64,000 nucleotides of DNA. Origin: an uncultured Nitrospiraceae bacterium. GTDB lineage: Bacteria; Nitrospirota; Thermodesulfovibrionia; Thermodesulfovibrionales; SM23-35. Below are positions 60,060 to 64,000 of this stretch, one piece after another (the stretch's first letter is position 1; every line of letters starts with the position of its first letter). The position numbers and the translations under genes are program-made. The notes below the pieces were generated by a model, which did not search any database, was not told the DNA's origin, and saw only the letters and a list, made by a program, of their open reading frames with translations. The stretch spans positions 192,001 to 256,000 of the forward strand of contig CAVSHB010000002.1 of NCBI GenBank assembly GCA_963727775.1. The letters run 5' to 3'.

Positions 60060-60323
60060 GTGAAAGAAGCAGCAGCAACAGAAGCGAAAAACAGATTTGG
60101 GCATCTGATAGAAATGGCGATGACTGAACCAGTAGCCATCGAAAAAAAAGGCAGACCTGTCGCAGTGCTTATGTCAGTTGCCGAATATCAAAGACTAACT
60201 GAGCTTGAAGACCGCTATTGGGGTGAAAGAGCCGCGAAGTCCCTGAAAGGTGGGTTCTTGACCCAAAAAGAAACAACTAAGTGGTTAAAAGGAAAGCTTA
60301 GTGCTGAAACTGCAGATAAGTAG
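60060..60323 (+). CDS. Phd/YefM-family antitoxin
   Basis: ATEAKNRFG.LIE.A..EPV.I.KKGRPVAVLMS; GTG start after GAGG. Confidence 0.9.
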   Translation: MKEAAATEAKNRFGHLIEMAMTEPVAIEKKGRPVAVLMSVAEYQRLTELEDRYWGERAAKSLKGGFLTQKETTKWLKGKLSAETADK

Positions 60324-60564
60324 GGAGGCACACAAGTTTCTCGATAACCTGCCCGCGAAGCAATTTCGTCAGATCGTCCACAAAATCTTTGATCTTCTCG
60401 ATGACCCTCGGCCCCATGATTCAAAGGAATTGCGAGGCTATCCTTTCCTGAGGAACGACGTTGGAGAATACCGGATAGTCTATGACATCCAAGTAGATAC
60501 GTTAAGACTCATTCTTGTCGGTAAACGCAACGATGCCGAAGTATACAAGAAGTTAAAAGGATAA
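60301..60564 (+). CDS. RelE/ParE-family toxin
   Basis: AHKFLDNLP.KQ...DPRP.DSKEL.G...R.DVGEYRIVY...VGKRND.EVY. Confidence 0.9.
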   Translation: MLKLQISREAHKFLDNLPAKQFRQIVHKIFDLLDDPRPHDSKELRGYPFLRNDVGEYRIVYDIQVDTLRLILVGKRNDAEVYKKLKG

Positions 60565-61108
60565 AGCAGATAAGGAAGATTTAATCCTTTATTGAGATTT
60601 GATGAGTACCGTTCCTACTCAACACTTTCGGAAAATGAGAGCGGATGTTCATTTCTCCCTCTAATTACGTCTCACACGTCATAGTTCCGTCTGAGTTGAA
60701 GAGTTCATCCCGAAATGATTGATCCGCCGCTGACGCATACATCTCGTATTAAACAGCCTTGAGATTTTCCGAAGGGGATACTTTCAAAGCGAAATAGATG
60801 ACTGTTTCTTGGATTGCCAGTATTTGTTTGTATTGAAAACAAGCGGGCTGCTGCATAAATCTATCGACAATATATTTTTCAATGCTACATCTGAAGGGTA
60901 TCGAATATCGACTGCACTTGAAATTATTGAATCCGAGGGATTGAATTAATCGGAGAACTCCTTCATCAAGTGTGCAAATTAAAAAACTGTCATGGACAAC
61001 ATATTTCTTTTGCAAATATATATTTTGAAGATAGGATACTTTTGATGATTTCTGATTGAACTGATCGTCGATTCCTGATTAGGCATATCTTCAATAAGGG
61101 TGGGGCTC

Positions 61109-64000
61109 TTATTCCTTCTTAAAAAACATTTCAATTTCCACTGCTGGCAGAGGTTTGCTCAAGTAGAAACCCTGTCCCATATCGCACCTTAAAAGGCGCA
61201 GAAAATTCCATTGCTCCTCTGTCTCTATCCCCTCTGCAATTGTTTTTAAATTCAGGGTATGTGCCATGTTGATAATAGCCATGACGATTGAGGCAGAATC
61301 AGGATCTCGTACCACTTCCCTTATAAAGGATATATCAATCTTCAGGTTATCAACCGGAAACCTCTTCAGATATGCCAAAGATGAATACCCTGTCCCAAAA
61401 TCATCAATAGATACTGAACACCCTATCTCTTTCATTGCCGTAAGCACCGATCTGGTAAATTCTATGTCCTGCATAAATGCGCTTTCTGTTATCTCCAGGG
61501 TAAGGTGTGATGGATAAAACCCAAATTCTCCCATTATCCTTTTTACCATTTCTGCCAAATTCTTTTGCCTAAACTGAACTAATGACATATTCACAGAGAC
61601 GGGAACTACCGGATATCCATTGTTCTGCCATTCCTTGACCTGTCTCAGGGCTTCCCTTAATATCCATTCCCCCACCTCTATAATCATTCCCGTGTCCTCA
61701 AGCACAGGAATAAACTTCCCCGGGGGCACTAATCCCTTGTCCTTGCTTTGCCATCTGATAAGGGCCTCCATGCCGACCATCTTTTTTGTATTGATATCCC
61801 AGTAAGGCTGATAGTGGAGGATAAATTCCTTTTTAGTAATAGCCTTGTGAAGACCTTTTTCCATCAAAATGAGTTCCGATGCTTTAATATTTAAGTCTTC
61901 AGTGAAAAACTGGTAGGGTTTCATCCTCTCTTTCTTAGCTGTCCCAAGCGCCAATCCTGCAGCCTTCAGCAGTTCAGAAGCGCTCTTTCCGTCATTAGGA
62001 TATAGTGAGACGCCGGTGCTGAAGGTCAGTACCAACTCATCTCTATCGACCTTTAAAGGGTAAGATATATCCTTTATGATCTTCTCTAAAACCATAACAA
62101 TATCATCGGCATGGGCAACATCGAGAAGCGCTATCCCGAATTCATCGTTTGAAAGACGGGCGATGGTATCTCCTTTTCGGACAGAGGTTGAAAGTCTTCC
62201 TGCGATCTCCTTTAAAACTCTGTCCCCGATCTCAGATCCATAGGTATCGTTTATGGACTTAAACCTGTCGATATTAGTGATTAAAACTGCGACAATCCTT
62301 GAAGTATATTCAGCTCGTGCTATGGCCTGGTTGACCCTGTCAAAAAAGAGGTTTCTGTTTGGAAGGTCTGTCAAAGAATCATAATACGCAAGATACTGGA
62401 GTTTTTCTGCCATTTTCTTGCGTTCGGTAATGTCTCTGAAATTTACAACAGCTCCAATAATTTTGCCTTCATCCATAATAGGATTACTTGAGTATGCAAC
62501 AGAAAAGTTTGTGCCATCCTTTCTCCAGAAAACTTCGTCCCTTACGTTATGATTAACAGAGCCGTCTTTCAAAGTCGCATAGATAGGACACTTGTCTTCA
62601 GGATATGTGCTTCCATCGTCTATCGAATGATGCCAGATTGCGTGACTGTGTTTCCCTATCAACTCTTTAGATTCATATCCGAGCATGCCAGCAGCTGATG
62701 GATTTATAAATGTGTGGTTTCCCTGAAAATCCAACCCAATGATTCCTTCTCCTGTAGAGTTCAGGATCAATTCGTTGTGATGACGGAGATTTTGCATCAT
62801 TTCCTCTGCTTGCTTTCGCTCGGTGATGTCCCTGCCAATACCACAAATTGCTACAGGTTTGCCTTCGAGGTTTTTGAGCAACGTACCGGAGAACTCATAT
62901 GGAATGTTTCTCCCGTCCTTGGTCAAAACTCTTGCCTCAAGACCGGCATAACCATTCCTAACCGCCATCTCAATAGCCTCCAATACTCGCCGGACATCTT
63001 CCTTTAAAAAGAAATCTACTGGCTGCATAGAAGATATATCGGCATCACTGTATCCTAAAACTGTATTTAATTTTTTATTCCACCTCAGAAACTTACCGTT
63101 AAAATCAAAAATGAAGAAGACGTCGGATAGAGAATTCAATGCGTTTTCTGTAAAGGTTTTCTCACTTCGAAGGTCCTCTTCTGCCCGCTTTCGCTCAGTG
63201 ATGTCGCGGAAGTACCAGACTCTGCCATAGTACCTCCCGTCAACCCCAAACATCGGAGCAGAGTAACGGTCAAAGATCCTACCGTCACGTAGAGAAATCT
63301 CATCCCGGCTGGTCTCCTGCCGGTGTTCATATAGGTAACGGACTTTCTGCAAAAAATTGTCGGGATCAACAATATTATCCAACACCGACTGCAATGTACG
63401 CTCGTCGGATCTCGTTTCCAGTATCTCAGAAGGAATGTTCCACAGCTCACGGAATCGCCGATTGAACGAAAGTATCCTGCCGCTTTCATCAACCACGAGG
63501 ATTCCATCAATAGAAGCTTCCTGCTGTGTAGACAGGATAACGTTTCGAAATGTTAACTCCTCCTCAGCCCTTCGGATCGCATCACGTTCTTTTTCAAGTT
63601 CCCGCACCTTTTTGTCCAGTTTCCGGGCGTAGACTTCCATCTGCATCCTGTCAAGTTCCGTCATCTCCGCAGGAAGTTGGTCCGGCACGGGAAGATGCCC
63701 GGCCCGCTGCTCTTTAATTACTTTTCTGATGGCACGGAAAAATTTCTCCGGTTCCATCGGCTTTATAAGAAAAAGCGACGCCCCGATCGCGATCGCCAGC
63801 TTTTCATCTTTCTGATCAATATAGGTGGCAGTATAAAAAACAAAGGGGATGGTTCGAAACCGCTCATCTGTCTTTACCCTGCGGCACAGCTCAAAACCAT
63901 CCATTTTCGGCATCATGATGTCCGAAATAATCAGATCAGGAGGCGATAGAGAAGCTTTTTCCAGCGCCTGTAGACCATTGGCAGCGCTCTCAACGGTATA
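61109..64000 (-). CDS. REC-PAS(x3)-GGDEF-EAL signalling protein (5' end beyond the window)
   Basis: Frame stays open to 64000 (..PDLIISDIMMPKMDG); three PAS domains ending RDITERK; degenerate SNDEF; intact EAL and DDFGTGYSS. Confidence 0.92.
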   Translation of the reverse strand, partial: YTVESAANGLQALEKASLSPPDLIISDIMMPKMDGFELCRRVKTDERFRTIPFVFYTATYIDQKDEKLAIAIGASLFLIKPMEPEKFFRAIRKVIKEQRAGHLPVPDQLPAEMTELDRMQMEVYARKLDKKVRELEKERDAIRRAEEELTFRNVILSTQQEASIDGILVVDESGRILSFNRRFRELWNIPSEILETRSDERTLQSVLDNIVDPDNFLQKVRYLYEHRQETSRDEISLRDGRIFDRYSAPMFGVDGRYYGRVWYFRDITERKRAEEDLRSEKTFTENALNSLSDVFFIFDFNGKFLRWNKKLNTVLGYSDADISSMQPVDFFLKEDVRRVLEAIEMAVRNGYAGLEARVLTKDGRNIPYEFSGTLLKNLEGKPVAICGIGRDITERKQAEEMMQNLRHHNELILNSTGEGIIGLDFQGNHTFINPSAAGMLGYESKELIGKHSHAIWHHSIDDGSTYPEDKCPIYATLKDGSVNHNVRDEVFWRKDGTNFSVAYSSNPIMDEGKIIGAVVNFRDITERKKMAEKLQYLAYYDSLTDLPNRNLFFDRVNQAIARAEYTSRIVAVLITNIDRFKSINDTYGSEIGDRVLKEIAGRLSTSVRKGDTIARLSNDEFGIALLDVAHADDIVMVLEKIIKDISYPLKVDRDELVLTFSTGVSLYPNDGKSASELLKAAGLALGTAKKERMKPYQFFTEDLNIKASELILMEKGLHKAITKKEFILHYQPYWDINTKKMVGMEALIRWQSKDKGLVPPGKFIPVLEDTGMIIEVGEWILREALRQVKEWQNNGYPVVPVSVNMSLVQFRQKNLAEMVKRIMGEFGFYPSHLTLEITESAFMQDIEFTRSVLTAMKEIGCSVSIDDFGTGYSSLAYLKRFPVDNLKIDISFIREVVRDPDSASIVMAIINMAHTLNLKTIAEGIETEEQWNFLRLLRCDMGQGFYLSKPLPAVEIEMFFKKE

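Larger units (their letters stand above)
29929..60600. mobile_element. tRNA-Thr-associated genomic island (right boundary uncertain)
   Basis: Integrase next to the tRNA 3' end, then TA/defence genes, IS elements, a resolvase and pseudogenes. No attR copy of the tRNA end was found. Confidence 0.6.

Noticed and set aside
60749..61015. ORF after relE and an open plus-strand frame in the same place
   Set aside because: No start/RBS support or recognisable motif.
29929..64000. attR duplicate of the tRNA-Thr 3' end
   Set aside because: Not found by eye; it may lie outside the window or have been lost in the IS1182 rearrangement.

Overview
Bacterial chromosomal window of moderate GC; gene content suggests a Nitrospirota- or deltaproteobacteria-like anaerobe (inference only). 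Bases 1-26,500 are mostly core genome: hisD, a GAF/HD-GYP protein, truA, dnaJ-hspR-clpB, infB-rbfA-nrnA, rpmB, tig-clpP-clpX, polA and an OprO/P-type porin. Next is an ISL3 element interrupted by an IS1634 element, then tRNA-Thr(CGT) at 29854-29928. From about 30,000 to 60,600 lies an accessory island with a tyrosine integrase/ParB-like/sigma-like/repressor module. Its defence-like cargo includes AbiE, MNT-HEPN, an orphan Xre/MbcA antitoxin, a ThsB-type TIR with a small membrane protein but no ThsA, a truncated PD-(D/E)xK nuclease gene and Phd-RelE. It also carries IS1380, IS1182, two phosphoesterase lipoproteins and a PIN + YhaM nuclease operon. The most notable block is 42,000-48,500. An ECF sigma factor and a zinc-finger/pseudoprotease/TPR anti-sigma sit between two copies of GGAAGAAAAA-N9-AGCAGTCT, a probable self-encoded ECF promoter. 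They are followed by a complete His-Xaa-Ser radical-SAM RiPP cluster (hxsD-hxsB-hxsC plus an (HxS)8 precursor). The window ends inside a REC-PAS-GGDEF-EAL gene. All calls rest on manual motif recognition; no database searches were run.
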